From a bacterium (GTDB taxonomy: Bacteria; Patescibacteriota; Patescibacteriia; UBA1558; S5-K13), in the NCBI GenBank assembly GCA_029555085.1, contig JAKPTO010000001.1, forward strand, positions 1 to 39,220: 39,220 nt of DNA, in the 5' to 3' direction. The position numbers and the translations under genes were made by a program. How positions within the stretch are numbered: the first letter of the stretch is position 1; each line of letters opens with the position of its first letter. Below, piece by piece: positions 18,921 through 29,156 of this stretch. Under the pieces are notes generated by a model. It ran no database searches and was not told the DNA's origin. It saw only the letters and a list, made by a program, of their open reading frames with translations.

Positions 18921-20492
18921 TTATTGGTTTATTTTTTTCATTAACTCTTTCATTCTCTTAAACTGAGGATTTTCGTAAGCTTTTGACTCCGATAACATTT
19001 CAACCGATGAAGATGATGGTGTTGAAGTGATTTTCTCCACAGCAGTTTCACTAATTGGTTTTTTGTTATCTAACTCAGCTTTAATAGTAGAATAAAGTTG
19101 TTTAGATTCTGATAATACCGAAATTGTGTCAAATCTTTTTAGAATGTCCAGTTTTTCTTGTCTAGTTGTCGAATGTTCGGTAAACAGACGTGTAGCATAC
19201 GCTAGATTTGCGTTAAATACAGCAACTTCATTAAGTTTATCTTTGAAGAGAACCAAAGCCTTTTTATATTCATCATTCTGCTTTTTAAGTGTTTTAACTT
19301 GTTCATATAAATCGGCAGCGTTGTGAATTGTCTGAGCACCAGCGTGGTGAACGTGTTTGCTAGGTAAACCAGTTCTTGGTTCTGCAGCACGTAAACCATG
19401 TTTGTTACCCTTTGTCCTTGCAGCTTCAGTAGCTTCAATTTCTTTAACGTCTTTATCTCCACACTCATCACATTCTTTCTGTTCTTTAGGTTCTTTTGTT
19501 ATAGGCTTACTAACACCCTTTAGGGCTGTACCCTGACGAGTCGGATCATTTGTTTGTGATTTACCAGCACCAAGATTGTCATACTTTTTAGGCGTGTCCA
19601 TATCTTTAACACCAGTACCTGGACGACCATCTGAGGTTTTTACCTGACCTCTTCCCGGTTCTTTTGTTTGAGGATTACTTGATCCAGGAACACCAGTACC
19701 GGGTCTTTTGGCATCATTAACGAATGATTCTTCGTTTGCCTGTAATTTTTTAACACCCTTTTGTGGAGATGTTTTGTCGAAAGGTTTACCATCTTGTAAT
19801 GTGTGTGTTTTATGAACGGTCACACTTTCTTTGGTCTCCCTCTTTTTTGCTTTTTGATCAAAAGGTTTACCGTCACTAAGACTAACCTCTTCTTTTACAT
19901 CAAAATCAAATGACTCGTCATCATCGAGTTCAATTTCGTAAACGATTTCGTCATCACCAGTTTCATCAATTTGTTCAGCTAGTTCATCTGGCATTTCACC
20001 AGTGTCATCACCACCCAAATCTTCATCATCAAGTTTAATGATATAATCATTTCCTTCATCTGAGAATTCGACAGTATTTCCTTCTTTTTTGACAATAATA
20101 CCATCTTCAGGTTTCATAGCTTTGAATACTTTCAAAACTTCTTCTTCAGATGCATCAGTCATATCAAGAACTTCATCGTCCTCTTCATCTTCAGCAGGAA
20201 GATCTAGACCTGAATCTTCTTCAGTGTCATTTTCATCGTCTACTGGAAGCGGTAAATCTTCATTACCGTTATCCACAGGTTCATTATCGGAAGTTTCTTC
20301 ATCATCTGGTGTTATACCATCAACATCTTTTTCTACTTCTTCAGGATCTTTTTCATCCTCTTGTTCTTTTAGCAAATCATTTAGTTCTTGTTTCATTGTT
20401 GAAGCAAGTATACCTTTTGCGTTTGCTTTTACCGCCTCTTCAAGTGTTTGCACTTGAAGTAATGCTTGTTCTAAAATAGATTTCTGAGCCAT
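18921..20492 (-). CDS. prohead core scaffolding protein (gp22 position)
   Basis: Lies between protease and capsid genes. Highly acidic N-half, many (L/I)xE sites, C-terminal coiled coil (LNEVAVFNANLAYATRLF). Confidence 0.8.
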   Translation of the reverse strand: MAQKSILEQALLQVQTLEEAVKANAKGILASTMKQELNDLLKEQEDEKDPEEVEKDVDGITPDDEETSDNEPVDNGNEDLPLPVDDENDTEEDSGLDLPAEDEEDDEVLDMTDASEEEVLKVFKAMKPEDGIIVKKEGNTVEFSDEGNDYIIKLDDEDLGGDDTGEMPDELAEQIDETGDDEIVYEIELDDDESFDFDVKEEVSLSDGKPFDQKAKKRETKESVTVHKTHTLQDGKPFDKTSPQKGVKKLQANEESFVNDAKRPGTGVPGSSNPQTKEPGRGQVKTSDGRPGTGVKDMDTPKKYDNLGAGKSQTNDPTRQGTALKGVSKPITKEPKEQKECDECGDKDVKEIEATEAARTKGNKHGLRAAEPRTGLPSKHVHHAGAQTIHNAADLYEQVKTLKKQNDEYKKALVLFKDKLNEVAVFNANLAYATRLFTEHSTTRQEKLDILKRFDTISVLSESKQLYSTIKAELDNKKPISETAVEKITSTPSSSSVEMLSESKAYENPQFKRMKELMKKINQ

Positions 20493-20512
20493 TTTTATCT
20501 TTTATTTATTTT

Positions 20513-20520
20513 TATAAATA
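20513..20520 (-). promoter_or_regulatory. TATTTATA upstream motif
   Basis: 20 nt upstream of the scaffold start, on the coding strand. Confidence 0.5.
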
Positions 20521-20573
20521 TTATGATTTTATTAAAAGTTTATCTTTATGCACTTTAAATCAAAAAAAAACCA

Positions 20574-21266
20574 TTATTTTGAAAGAAAATTATCTAATCT
20601 TCCCATTAATGATTTAATTTTATTTTCTTCTGGGGTATTTTGTGGTATGGTTTCTTCAAATTTCGCCTTATCATTTAAATCACTAAATACATAAGCGCCG
20701 GGGGTTGAAGGTGACGAAACTAAATCGAAACAAACTAATTCAAAATCATCTTGAACAACGTTTTGTCCTCTTTCACTTTTTAATGAACCAACACCACGAG
20801 AGGATATACCTAACGTCGCACCATTCATTAATAACATTGCAGCTTGATCACCTTTACAACTAATGATACCACTTTTTTTCCAGCCAGGTGATGTGTATAA
20901 TTTAATTTTACCAAGTAAAGTATTACCCTCCCACCAAGTTTCGAGAATTGAATGTGAAACTCTATCTAAGTCAATAAGTGATGATGTGGGATGATTAAGT
21001 TCACTGAGAGCACCACCGTTTTTTATTACAGTTTGATATTTTTCATTTTCTCGTTTTAAAATTGCTTCGGGATATATTCTACCGTTTTTATTTGGCACAC
21101 CAAATTTTTGTAACACAGCATAAAGAATGAGGTCTTGGTGGAAATCGACCTCTTTCATTTCAGAAATTATTTGCTTGTTATGTTCGTCGTTTGGAGAAAT
21201 ATGACCGGCGTCATATTCTATCAAATATCCAAAAACACCAATATCGTTTGGTCCTAATATCTTCAT
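20574..21266 (-). CDS. prohead protease, T4 gp21-like
   Basis: NKNGRIYP, ELNHP, RVSH, GISSRGVGS and DLVSSPSTPGA. Confidence 0.95.
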   Translation of the reverse strand: MKILGPNDIGVFGYLIEYDAGHISPNDEHNKQIISEMKEVDFHQDLILYAVLQKFGVPNKNGRIYPEAILKRENEKYQTVIKNGGALSELNHPTSSLIDLDRVSHSILETWWEGNTLLGKIKLYTSPGWKKSGIISCKGDQAAMLLMNGATLGISSRGVGSLKSERGQNVVQDDFELVCFDLVSSPSTPGAYVFSDLNDKAKFEETIPQNTPEENKIKSLMGRLDNFLSK

Positions 21267-21279
21267 CTATAGTTTTTAC

Positions 21280-21287
21280 TATAAATA
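21280..21287 (-). promoter_or_regulatory. TATTTATA upstream motif
   Basis: 13 nt upstream of the protease start. Confidence 0.5.
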
Positions 21288-21301
21288 CATCAATATTTGA
21301 A

Positions 21302-21727
21302 CTATTTTTTGTTTTTGTAAAAATTAAATAAATTTTTTATTTCTAAATCATTATTGATAATTTCTTTTATCAAATTAATCAAAAAGAATTTGATTTGTTT
21401 AGATTTTATATCAAAATGTTTTTCAGTAAAAAGTGTGATTTCAATACTTAAGAAAGATTTTTTTCCCATTTTCACACCATTTGTTCGGAGATCAATATCA
21501 ACAATTGATTCCTTTTTAAAGTATTCACTTTTTAAATGATAAATGTGTAATTTAATTTTTCGTTGTGTTTTTAACAGTAGAGAATCTAAATTGATTTCAT
21601 CATCATTTGGAGTGATCCAAGAATTTAGTTTTATATATATACTTTTTAAATTTTTATGATCTACTGTACCATATCCAATTTTAAAATTGCCATAATAACC
21701 CAAATTTATATATTTTCCGTTTTTCAT
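21302..21727 (-). CDS. hypothetical basic protein
   Basis: 141-aa ORF inside the head module. Confidence 0.7.
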   Translation of the reverse strand: MKNGKYINLGYYGNFKIGYGTVDHKNLKSIYIKLNSWITPNDDEINLDSLLLKTQRKIKLHIYHLKSEYFKKESIVDIDLRTNGVKMGKKSFLSIEITLFTEKHFDIKSKQIKFFLINLIKEIINNDLEIKNLFNFYKNKK

Positions 21728-21811
21728 TAAAATTTTCCATATTTTCTTTTTTATTGATGAATATTGAATAAAATATAAGGAAAATTTTTTGATATTCCAA
21801 ATTGAAATAAT

Positions 21812-21836
21812 AAAAAAAACGGACTTAAAGTCCGTT
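21812..21836 (-). terminator. intrinsic terminator overlapping the stop of 21825-22559
   Basis: AACGGACT-TTA-AGTCCGTT followed by a T-run on the minus strand. Confidence 0.7.
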
Positions 21837-22559
21837 CTTTAATTGTTGAAGTTTATAATAATTATATTTAGTTGGTTTCATTTGTTTTGCTTCAGCATTT
21901 GCTTCTATTAGTTTTGTTTTTAAATTTTCATTTTTTTCATTTACGATCATATCTGTCATTTTAGAAACAACATCTTCTTGTAATGTTTTGAAATTTTCTT
22001 CCAATTCTTTTGGTGTGATATCGATAATTTGTTTTAACTGTGTTTGTTCATCTTCTGATAATGTTGAACCATATAAAACATTAAAATTATTAACTAATAT
22101 ACTATTAAGTAATTTTTCGTTCTCAACTATTTGTATTAAATCATTAGTTTTTTGTTCTTTCTTAGACATTAAATGATTAATTAATTCATTATTCGATTTA
22201 ATTTTTTCAAAAGCATTTAATACATTATCTTCTTCAGTTATTTTATCTAAGTGTGTATAAACTTCATTTTCAGTAATTAAAATATCACCAATTTCTTCGT
22301 CCAATTTCTTACTGATTTTTTTTATTTTTGATTTGTGTTCTTTAAGAATTGGTATGATTTTATTAAGAAACAATTCAGCATCCTTTTTATCTTCAATATA
22401 TTTGTCCTCAAAATCTTCATAGAACAAATAAAGAGTTCTAAAATCCTTATTTTCAGTTATCATTTTAAGAATTTTTTTCACCTCATTTTTATTACCACTA
22501 GCATATGCGTTAGTAAATTTTTGTAAAATTTTGGTTTTTAATTTTCCAAAGTCGTTCAT
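21825..22559 (-). CDS. hypothetical helical protein downstream of the portal (possible prohead core component)
   Basis: 244 aa, coupled to the portal gene, with several (L/I)xE sites. Confidence 0.65.
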   Translation of the reverse strand: MNDFGKLKTKILQKFTNAYASGNKNEVKKILKMITENKDFRTLYLFYEDFEDKYIEDKKDAELFLNKIIPILKEHKSKIKKISKKLDEEIGDILITENEVYTHLDKITEEDNVLNAFEKIKSNNELINHLMSKKEQKTNDLIQIVENEKLLNSILVNNFNVLYGSTLSEDEQTQLKQIIDITPKELEENFKTLQEDVVSKMTDMIVNEKNENLKTKLIEANAEAKQMKPTKYNYYKLQQLKNGL

Positions 22560-22561
22560 CT

Positions 22562-24430
22562 CTATTGATTTAAAATATCTTTTATTTTATTTTCTATTTC
22601 ATAAATATTCTTTTGCGCTTTTTCCATATCAAATAAATCATTTAACGAAGTATCTTCATTTAACATTGATAAAATTTTTTCTTTTTTTGTTTCGTTTTCT
22701 GATAACGGAGCAGCGGGTTCGTTTCCTGTTGGTGCTGGGCCCGCATTAGTTAAAGGTCCGGCCGCAGCTTCTTCAGGACTCATCATTGTACCACCACCAA
22801 ATCCCGGTTTACCATCAGGCATTTGTCCTTGACCACCCATAGCAGCCTCAATTTTCTTTCTCTCTTCTTCTGGTATACCATATTTCTTGTCCACATCGTC
22901 AAATATACCAGAACGTCTAATAATTTGTGGTGTGTTTGTTAATTCCATTCCAATTGCTCTTTCCAATCTTTGTTGTTGTAAATCAAGAATTATTTCGTTG
23001 TCACTCATACCCAAAATATTTTTCTTAGCCCATGTGTGAGAAACTGGAAGAATACCCATTTGTGATTGATCAGATGTGGCATCTTTATACATTGTGATTT
23101 TTTCTTTCCAAGATTCAATTCGTAAAAGATCCGACTGTCCAGATGGATTAGTTAATGATAATGTGAAATTATTTAGTTCGTCTTCAAGACCTAATAGAAA
23201 TAAATGTATTAAGGCAATTTTATTTAATTCTTGAATTAATGACATTTGAATACGATTAATCGTTCTGGCAAAACGAATATCTAATAATGCCAAGCCCTTA
23301 CCATTACCAACAACATCTTCAAACCCTAGAAAAGCTTTTGGTATTCGAAGAGCAGCCAACATTTTCTTTTGGATATATTCAATGTCAGCGATTTCCGCTA
23401 AGTTTTGTGCACCGGGTAATGTTTCAATTGGACTTGCTTGTGATGGATCTCGAACTGGAATAAAATAATCTTGATCTACAGCCATTTGATTATATCTCAT
23501 ATCAACTTGTCCTGTTCTTTGATCAACCACTTGGTCTCTTTTAAATTTATTTGCTATTCTTTGTACATATGCTTCTATGTCCTTGTCGTCCATATTACCA
23601 ACGAATATTTTGAAAACTCTTCTTTCGGGTGCTCTTGAAGTTCGATAAATTAACATAGCATCTTCAGCTAAAAGTAATTGTTTCCAAATTCTTCGGATTT
23701 TATCTAACATTGAACACCCATATGGTAATTTTCTATCATCACCAAGGATTCGAAAGTGGGCGATTTCCCACGCCTGGAACTCCATATCTTTATTTTTCCA
23801 AGTAAACCTCAATTCTCGTGTTGGAAATCTACTACCAACACGGTCACTTTGATTTGGGACTGACTGTCTTGCGCCTTCTAATCTTTCTATTTCAATATTT
23901 GGTAATTGTTGACAACCAATAACACCCTTATCCGGACTAACTTTTAGATAAACAAAGTTATCGCCATATTTACACATTCCTCTAGCCCACATTACCAAGT
24001 TGGTGTTAATGTCCAGGGCGTTATAGAAAAGGTCATCTAGTATATGTTTTATTCTTTTCGAATCAGAATGTATCGTAAGAATTTGACCCTTTTCGGATTT
24101 GGTTGTTGATTCTTCAGCATAAATATCAAGTGCGGCAGATATTTCTGGAGTGAATTCCATTGATTCATAATCATAATATGCTGATAATCTATTGGGTTCA
24201 TAATATACCGACTGATTATAAAGTGACATATCAAGTTTTGACCACTTATCTGCGATATATTGTGATTGTTGGGCTTGTAGTTTTGCCTTTTCGTAATCCT
24301 CTCGACTATCAGTTTTTAATAATTCTTTTTTATCAAATTCAAATTGTGAGGGTGGATTTCTCAATTGCCCAGCAAATCCAAAGGCTTTGGTTAACCTTTG
24401 ATATATTGTTAATTTCTGTTGTTTTGCCAT
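22562..24430 (-). CDS. portal protein, T4 gp20-like
   Basis: EDAMLIYR.SRAPERRVF.I.VGNM, IETLPGAQNL..I.DIEY and ALRIPK. Confidence 0.96.
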   Translation of the reverse strand: MAKQQKLTIYQRLTKAFGFAGQLRNPPSQFEFDKKELLKTDSREDYEKAKLQAQQSQYIADKWSKLDMSLYNQSVYYEPNRLSAYYDYESMEFTPEISAALDIYAEESTTKSEKGQILTIHSDSKRIKHILDDLFYNALDINTNLVMWARGMCKYGDNFVYLKVSPDKGVIGCQQLPNIEIERLEGARQSVPNQSDRVGSRFPTRELRFTWKNKDMEFQAWEIAHFRILGDDRKLPYGCSMLDKIRRIWKQLLLAEDAMLIYRTSRAPERRVFKIFVGNMDDKDIEAYVQRIANKFKRDQVVDQRTGQVDMRYNQMAVDQDYFIPVRDPSQASPIETLPGAQNLAEIADIEYIQKKMLAALRIPKAFLGFEDVVGNGKGLALLDIRFARTINRIQMSLIQELNKIALIHLFLLGLEDELNNFTLSLTNPSGQSDLLRIESWKEKITMYKDATSDQSQMGILPVSHTWAKKNILGMSDNEIILDLQQQRLERAIGMELTNTPQIIRRSGIFDDVDKKYGIPEEERKKIEAAMGGQGQMPDGKPGFGGGTMMSPEEAAAGPLTNAGPAPTGNEPAAPLSENETKKEKILSMLNEDTSLNDLFDMEKAQKNIYEIENKIKDILNQ

Positions 24431-24479
24431 GCATATAAATATTAACTAAATATAAATAAAAAATGTATAAATTGAAAGG

Positions 24480-27400
24480 TTATTTTTTCTTTGGACCAAA
24501 TAACCATGAATATTCTTGATACATTTGTTTCGTATATATCATTCTATCATTTTGAAATAATGGATTTTCAATTGGTCTACCTGTATTTGCATCTATAACG
24601 CCAAAAGGATCAAAAGCTTTACCATAAGAATAAAAAGATTTTTCCGGTTCATATGTTCTTTCAGATAACATCCAAGAATCTATTATTGCTTTATTTTGTA
24701 AATCATTTCTAACTAATTGTGTAAAACAGATATCACCAACAAACATTGCCATGGCTATTGACATAATAGAATCGTCGTGAGTTCCTTTCATATGGTCTGG
24801 CTTTCCATTAATAAAAACAAATGTATTCATTTCATTAGCTAGTCTCACTGAATTGACTTTAAATCCGTTACGTATTTGTTCTTCAAACGCCGCAACTATT
24901 TGTGTTCTTTTGTTATTGAAACTTATTCCAGGTATTTTTTCCATCAATTTTGCATCATATTCCCACACATTTTGTGTATTAATACCATCAATATATAGGT
25001 TTTTGTATTGCATTTCTTGAAGTTTCCTTGCTGTGGCAATTCCCATACCGCCCGTAATATCAACAACAATATAAGCTTGATAAATTATACCCCATTTATA
25101 TGCTACTGATGCAAGATCATCAGGCGGAATTTTTCCAATATATTCAAGAACTTGTTCACGTTCATCAAAGTCAATAATATTAATTGAAGAATAGTCTTCA
25201 CTATCTCCCCTTGATACGTCAACTCCCATAATATAACGATGTCCTAGTATTGGTTCTTTCCATTGCCACATTTGTCCCATCATATACTTTTCTTTAGGAT
25301 CACAGACATCTTCTTTTAATATTTTTTCTATTAATTCTGCTGAGACTACGTTATCACCAGAGCCAAGAAACGCGGCTTCAATTTCTTGATTGATTTTTCG
25401 TTTATCATACTTGAATTTTTTGGCCATATTTTCAAACCACGTGGAATATGGTTTATAACCATCATGTATTAGTTGTTCAAATTTATCTTTATCGGTTTCA
25501 ATTAGTGTAATTTCTTCATCATTATATTCATCACGATTGAGCATATAATGAACAATATCTTTACATTTTATCCATTTTAAATCTTTAGTATAGCGCGGGT
25601 CATTATACCACTTCAATTCGGTTATTTTAAAGTTATTAGCACCACGAGCGGCTTGTTCATATATGCCATAATATATGGGATCAAAACCATTTGGTGTTTG
25701 ATGCCCCAATAAACCATTATAAAATATTGAATGACACCATATATCATTATTGTCATTATATAATGAAAAATCAAAAGTTTCGTTTTCCGATTCTTCGATT
25801 TTTTTTATTTTAATCCATTTAGAATTTTCAAAGAAAATTTTGTCAAAGATATATTCATCTATTTCAATATTTTTATTTTTTAAAAAATCAATAAATAACG
25901 AAAAAGATTTTCTACTTATAGATTCAACTTTATTAAATTGATCATAAATTCTTTTTAATTTTATATCAAGATCTTTTCGTTTAATATTATTTTTAAGAAG
26001 AATATTTTTTATTATTTCAGAACTATTTGGTATAATATCCAATGAATCATTATAATCATCTGTATATTTTTTTAATATATTAAAGTTGACTTCTTTTCTT
26101 TTGAACCTAAATCCAATTTTTTCATTAAAAATTTTAGTGTAATTTGAATTACATGTTAATCTAAAATTGCCTGAATATTCGGTTAAAATTCCGAAATTTA
26201 ACAATAATATTCTTATTTGTTCTATAAGTTTTTTTGATGATAAACTTATTCCTATTCCAGATTTTTCAAACTGAATATTACTATCAAATATACCTTGAAG
26301 AAGAGCGATTATGTTTTCTCTACTCATTTCAAGTAGTCTATTGGGTATTATTTTTTCGGTAGCTTTTAATTTTAAATCAAAACCCAAAAATTCTAGAAAA
26401 GAATATAAACTTTTTGATGATATTGTATAATATAAATCATCGTGATAAGAATAAGATAACCCCACATTTTTTATTGTTTTATGAAGTTCATTATCACATG
26501 TTAATGTAATATTACAGTCTATTATTTTGTTTTCATTATTAAATTTTCGATAGACAGAACCCATAGAAATATATAAACCAATTAAATATGCAATATCGGG
26601 TGTTATTTTTTGTGGAGAAAAAATATTAGATTCATTTGTTGATGGAATATACTGGAAATTAATGTCATCATTTTTTCCCCATTTTTCAAATCCATAATTT
26701 ATATTAACATAATCACCAACATTTAGATCTTTTAATTGATACCAGTCATATTTTTGTGATTTATTTGAGTATCCCCATAATTTATGTGTTTTAGTACCTT
26801 CAAGTATCGAATTGTCGGTATAAATTTTTAATGTTTTTTGAATACCATTATTAACAACAATATTAGATGATCTAAATTTATTTTTACCAAGAACAGAATA
26901 ATCATTTGTGATATATCCAGTATGTGTGGGCATTTTTTCATTAATAAATGTAGATAATTGACATGGACCATTTGGTGTGAAAACATATGTGTCTTTTGTT
27001 ACACACGAAATTAATATAACTTTACCACCAGTAGAAAGTGAAGCCATTGATGCCGCCCAGAAATCTTCACCTGCTTCAATATATGCTGCTTCGTCAAATA
27101 TTAAAATTGTTGGTGTATAACCACGAAGTGCGTCTTTAGATGTTGCGACAGCTTTAACCTCACAACCATTATTCATTTTGAATCTTTGCTCCGAGTTTTT
27201 ACTTTGAGAAAACCCAACATTAATCCATAGTGGCCATTGATCAAGAAAAGCCCTAATTTTATTGGCCATTTCAACCGCAGTATCTCTTTTGTTTGCAACA
27301 ATAAGAACTTTTTCAGGTTTTTCTGGTTTTGCTGTTTGTATTACTTTTGAAACCCAAGCTGCGGTAACTGTAGTAACCCCAGCCTGACGATATTTTCTTG

Positions 27401-27578
27401 TTATGTTTTCGTTATATTGTTCATAATCATTTATTAATTGTATCTGGTCGGGGAATAAGTCAAACGGAACATATTTACTTTGCGTATTATCATAAGTTTG
27501 TAAATACGTTTTTATCGCATATGGTGTATCTTTAATAATGCGAGCATATTCTTTAAGTTGTTCAATTCTTGGACTCAT
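24480..27578 (-). CDS. terminase large subunit (gp17-like) interrupted by an intein
   Basis: RQAGVTT (Walker A), LIFDEAA (Walker B), ILIS|TPNG split by the intein, GVDVSRG and HDD nuclease motifs. Start MSPRIEQ at 27578. Confidence 0.93.
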   Translation of the reverse strand: MSPRIEQLKEYARIIKDTPYAIKTYLQTYDNTQSKYVPFDLFPDQIQLINDYEQYNENITRKYRQAGVTTVTAAWVSKVIQTAKPEKPEKVLIVANKRDTAVEMANKIRAFLDQWPLWINVGFSQSKNSEQRFKMNNGCEVKAVATSKDALRGYTPTILIFDEAAYIEAGEDFWAASMASLSTGGKVILISCVTKDTYVFTPNGPCQLSTFINEKMPTHTGYITNDYSVLGKNKFRSSNIVVNNGIQKTLKIYTDNSILEGTKTHKLWGYSNKSQKYDWYQLKDLNVGDYVNINYGFEKWGKNDDINFQYIPSTNESNIFSPQKITPDIAYLIGLYISMGSVYRKFNNENKIIDCNITLTCDNELHKTIKNVGLSYSYHDDLYYTISSKSLYSFLEFLGFDLKLKATEKIIPNRLLEMSRENIIALLQGIFDSNIQFEKSGIGISLSSKKLIEQIRILLLNFGILTEYSGNFRLTCNSNYTKIFNEKIGFRFKRKEVNFNILKKYTDDYNDSLDIIPNSSEIIKNILLKNNIKRKDLDIKLKRIYDQFNKVESISRKSFSLFIDFLKNKNIEIDEYIFDKIFFENSKWIKIKKIEESENETFDFSLYNDNNDIWCHSIFYNGLLGHQTPNGFDPIYYGIYEQAARGANNFKITELKWYNDPRYTKDLKWIKCKDIVHYMLNRDEYNDEEITLIETDKDKFEQLIHDGYKPYSTWFENMAKKFKYDKRKINQEIEAAFLGSGDNVVSAELIEKILKEDVCDPKEKYMMGQMWQWKEPILGHRYIMGVDVSRGDSEDYSSINIIDFDEREQVLEYIGKIPPDDLASVAYKWGIIYQAYIVVDITGGMGIATARKLQEMQYKNLYIDGINTQNVWEYDAKLMEKIPGISFNNKRTQIVAAFEEQIRNGFKVNSVRLANEMNTFVFINGKPDHMKGTHDDSIMSIAMAMFVGDICFTQLVRNDLQNKAIIDSWMLSERTYEPEKSFYSYGKAFDPFGVIDANTGRPIENPLFQNDRMIYTKQMYQEYSWLFGPKKK
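25698..27005 (-). mobile_element. intein (436 aa) with degenerate LAGLIDADG domain, C-terminal His-Gln, +1 Thr
   Basis: Starts CVTKDTYV, block B T..H (TKTHKLW), ends NGLLGHQ/T. Removing it restores KVILISTPNG. Confidence 0.9.
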
Positions 27579-27593
27579 TACATATATAAATAT

Positions 27594-27617
27594 AAAAAAA
27601 GTGGATATTTCCACTTT
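27594..27617 (-). terminator. probable intrinsic terminator upstream of the terminase
   Basis: AAAGTGGA-AATA-TCCACTTT plus T-run on the minus strand, followed by TATTTATA at 27585-27592. Confidence 0.6.
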
Positions 27618-27644
27618 CTTTATTTAACTTATTCGGTATTACGA

Positions 27645-29156
27645 TTATCTTTGTTTTCGTTCAATCATTCGTTGGATTCTTTGAGCCAATTCCCAATCTT
27701 CATTATCAATGGCGTTGTTTAATTCATTATTTAATGAACCAAGACTCATTGATGCTAGTTTTTTATCATCTAAATTAGCTGCTTTTGGTGGTTCAACCAC
27801 TGGTTGCTGTGGTATTGATTGTGGTTTGGTTTCGGCTCTACCAATACCAAACTTACTCAAACTATTAAGATATGCTTCAATATCATCTTCTGATGATTCT
27901 TCAGCCCTTTTACCGGTTTTTTTCTCATATCTATCTTTTGACGATTTTGCTTGTTGGAAAATTTCTTTAAATTTATCTGATGCTTTGCGATTATCATTGG
28001 CATCCTGTGATATTACATCTCCAATTATTTCAAGAAATGATCTGGCTGGAATTTGATACAGAAACATATAGAAAAATGGTTTTATTCCGTAGTTTTCTTC
28101 ATTGAACATTTCATTAGGTAATAAATGTCTAATACGGTCAACAAGTTCGGGACCAATTCTCAGTGACATCGCTTCATTGGGTAATGTATCAACACTTTGA
28201 ATAACAGCTTGTCTTATATCAGGATCTTGCGAATAACCAAACTTCCCAAGAGCTTCTTCAATACCTTTTATAATTTCATGACATAAAATTGGAAATATTA
28301 ATCCACGGGCAATGATTTGGTGTTCAGGACCCTGATCATTTCTTCCCTCATCGTCATCATCATTTGACCCGGCTTTTTTCTTTTTGGTTTTTAAATTTTC
28401 TCTACCTTCAATACCATGTCCATGTTGTGACATGCTTTGAATCATATCTTCCAATTTAAAATAAAAATAATCATTTATGGCCATTATTTTTAGATAGTAG
28501 CCATAAAGAGATGGATCAATTTCGTCTAATTTTTCACGTATTTCGGGTTTTTGAAAAATATAATGACCTTTTTTAGACATCCCTTGAATAATACCATTTA
28601 TGATATTTCTTTTATGCTTTTCAAGTTCAAATTGTTCACCTTTTGTTAAATTTTCAGCTTCAAATTGTCCTTCATCTGGCAATTCAAAATCCTCATCTTC
28701 TTCAGGTGGATTGTCTTTGGGTTTAAATTGAAAACCCTCGGAACTAATTTCACCAGGTCCACCAGTTAATTTTGCATCAATTTCATATTTTCCTTCTGGT
28801 GTTTCAGTAAGTTCAAGACAAGATTTTATTGCCAATTCTTCCAATTCAGCTTCGTGATAATTTTCAATTTCTTTAGCTCTAAGTACAGATGACATAAATT
28901 CTCTTTGTATTGATTGTATCACATTTGCACTATTTAAATTGGGGGCGTTCATAACATCCCTTAATTTATCAACAATTTTTTTAAATCTATCAGAACCCAA
29001 TCTTTCAACATCAAGCGAACCACGACGCATCGCTGGATTAGTACCATAAAGATTTTTTTCCGGATCACCTAACGCTCTTTCTGTTTTTGGATCCATTCTT
29101 TCAGGATAATCACCATAATCGATTTGTTCTCTAATTTTTTGTTTTAATTTTTTCAT
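27645..29156 (-). CDS. hypothetical protein with C-terminal UVR (UvrB/UvrC)-like motif
   Basis: Ends ELNNAIDNEDWELAQRIQRMI; N-terminus KIREQ; internal LCHEIIKG. Confidence 0.7.
   Translation of the reverse strand: MKKLKQKIREQIDYGDYPERMDPKTERALGDPEKNLYGTNPAMRRGSLDVERLGSDRFKKIVDKLRDVMNAPNLNSANVIQSIQREFMSSVLRAKEIENYHEAELEELAIKSCLELTETPEGKYEIDAKLTGGPGEISSEGFQFKPKDNPPEEDEDFELPDEGQFEAENLTKGEQFELEKHKRNIINGIIQGMSKKGHYIFQKPEIREKLDEIDPSLYGYYLKIMAINDYFYFKLEDMIQSMSQHGHGIEGRENLKTKKKKAGSNDDDDEGRNDQGPEHQIIARGLIFPILCHEIIKGIEEALGKFGYSQDPDIRQAVIQSVDTLPNEAMSLRIGPELVDRIRHLLPNEMFNEENYGIKPFFYMFLYQIPARSFLEIIGDVISQDANDNRKASDKFKEIFQQAKSSKDRYEKKTGKRAEESSEDDIEAYLNSLSKFGIGRAETKPQSIPQQPVVEPPKAANLDDKKLASMSLGSLNNELNNAIDNEDWELAQRIQRMIERKQR

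Noticed and set aside
17153-20492. Higher GC in the capsid and scaffold genes as a sign of horizontal transfer
   Set aside because: It is explained by amino-acid composition and codon bias of highly expressed genes within an intact head module.
27579-27614. ORF-track extension of the terminase (MEISTFFIFIYV)
   Set aside because: It overlaps a terminator and the TATTTATA motif; ATG 27578 is more plausible.
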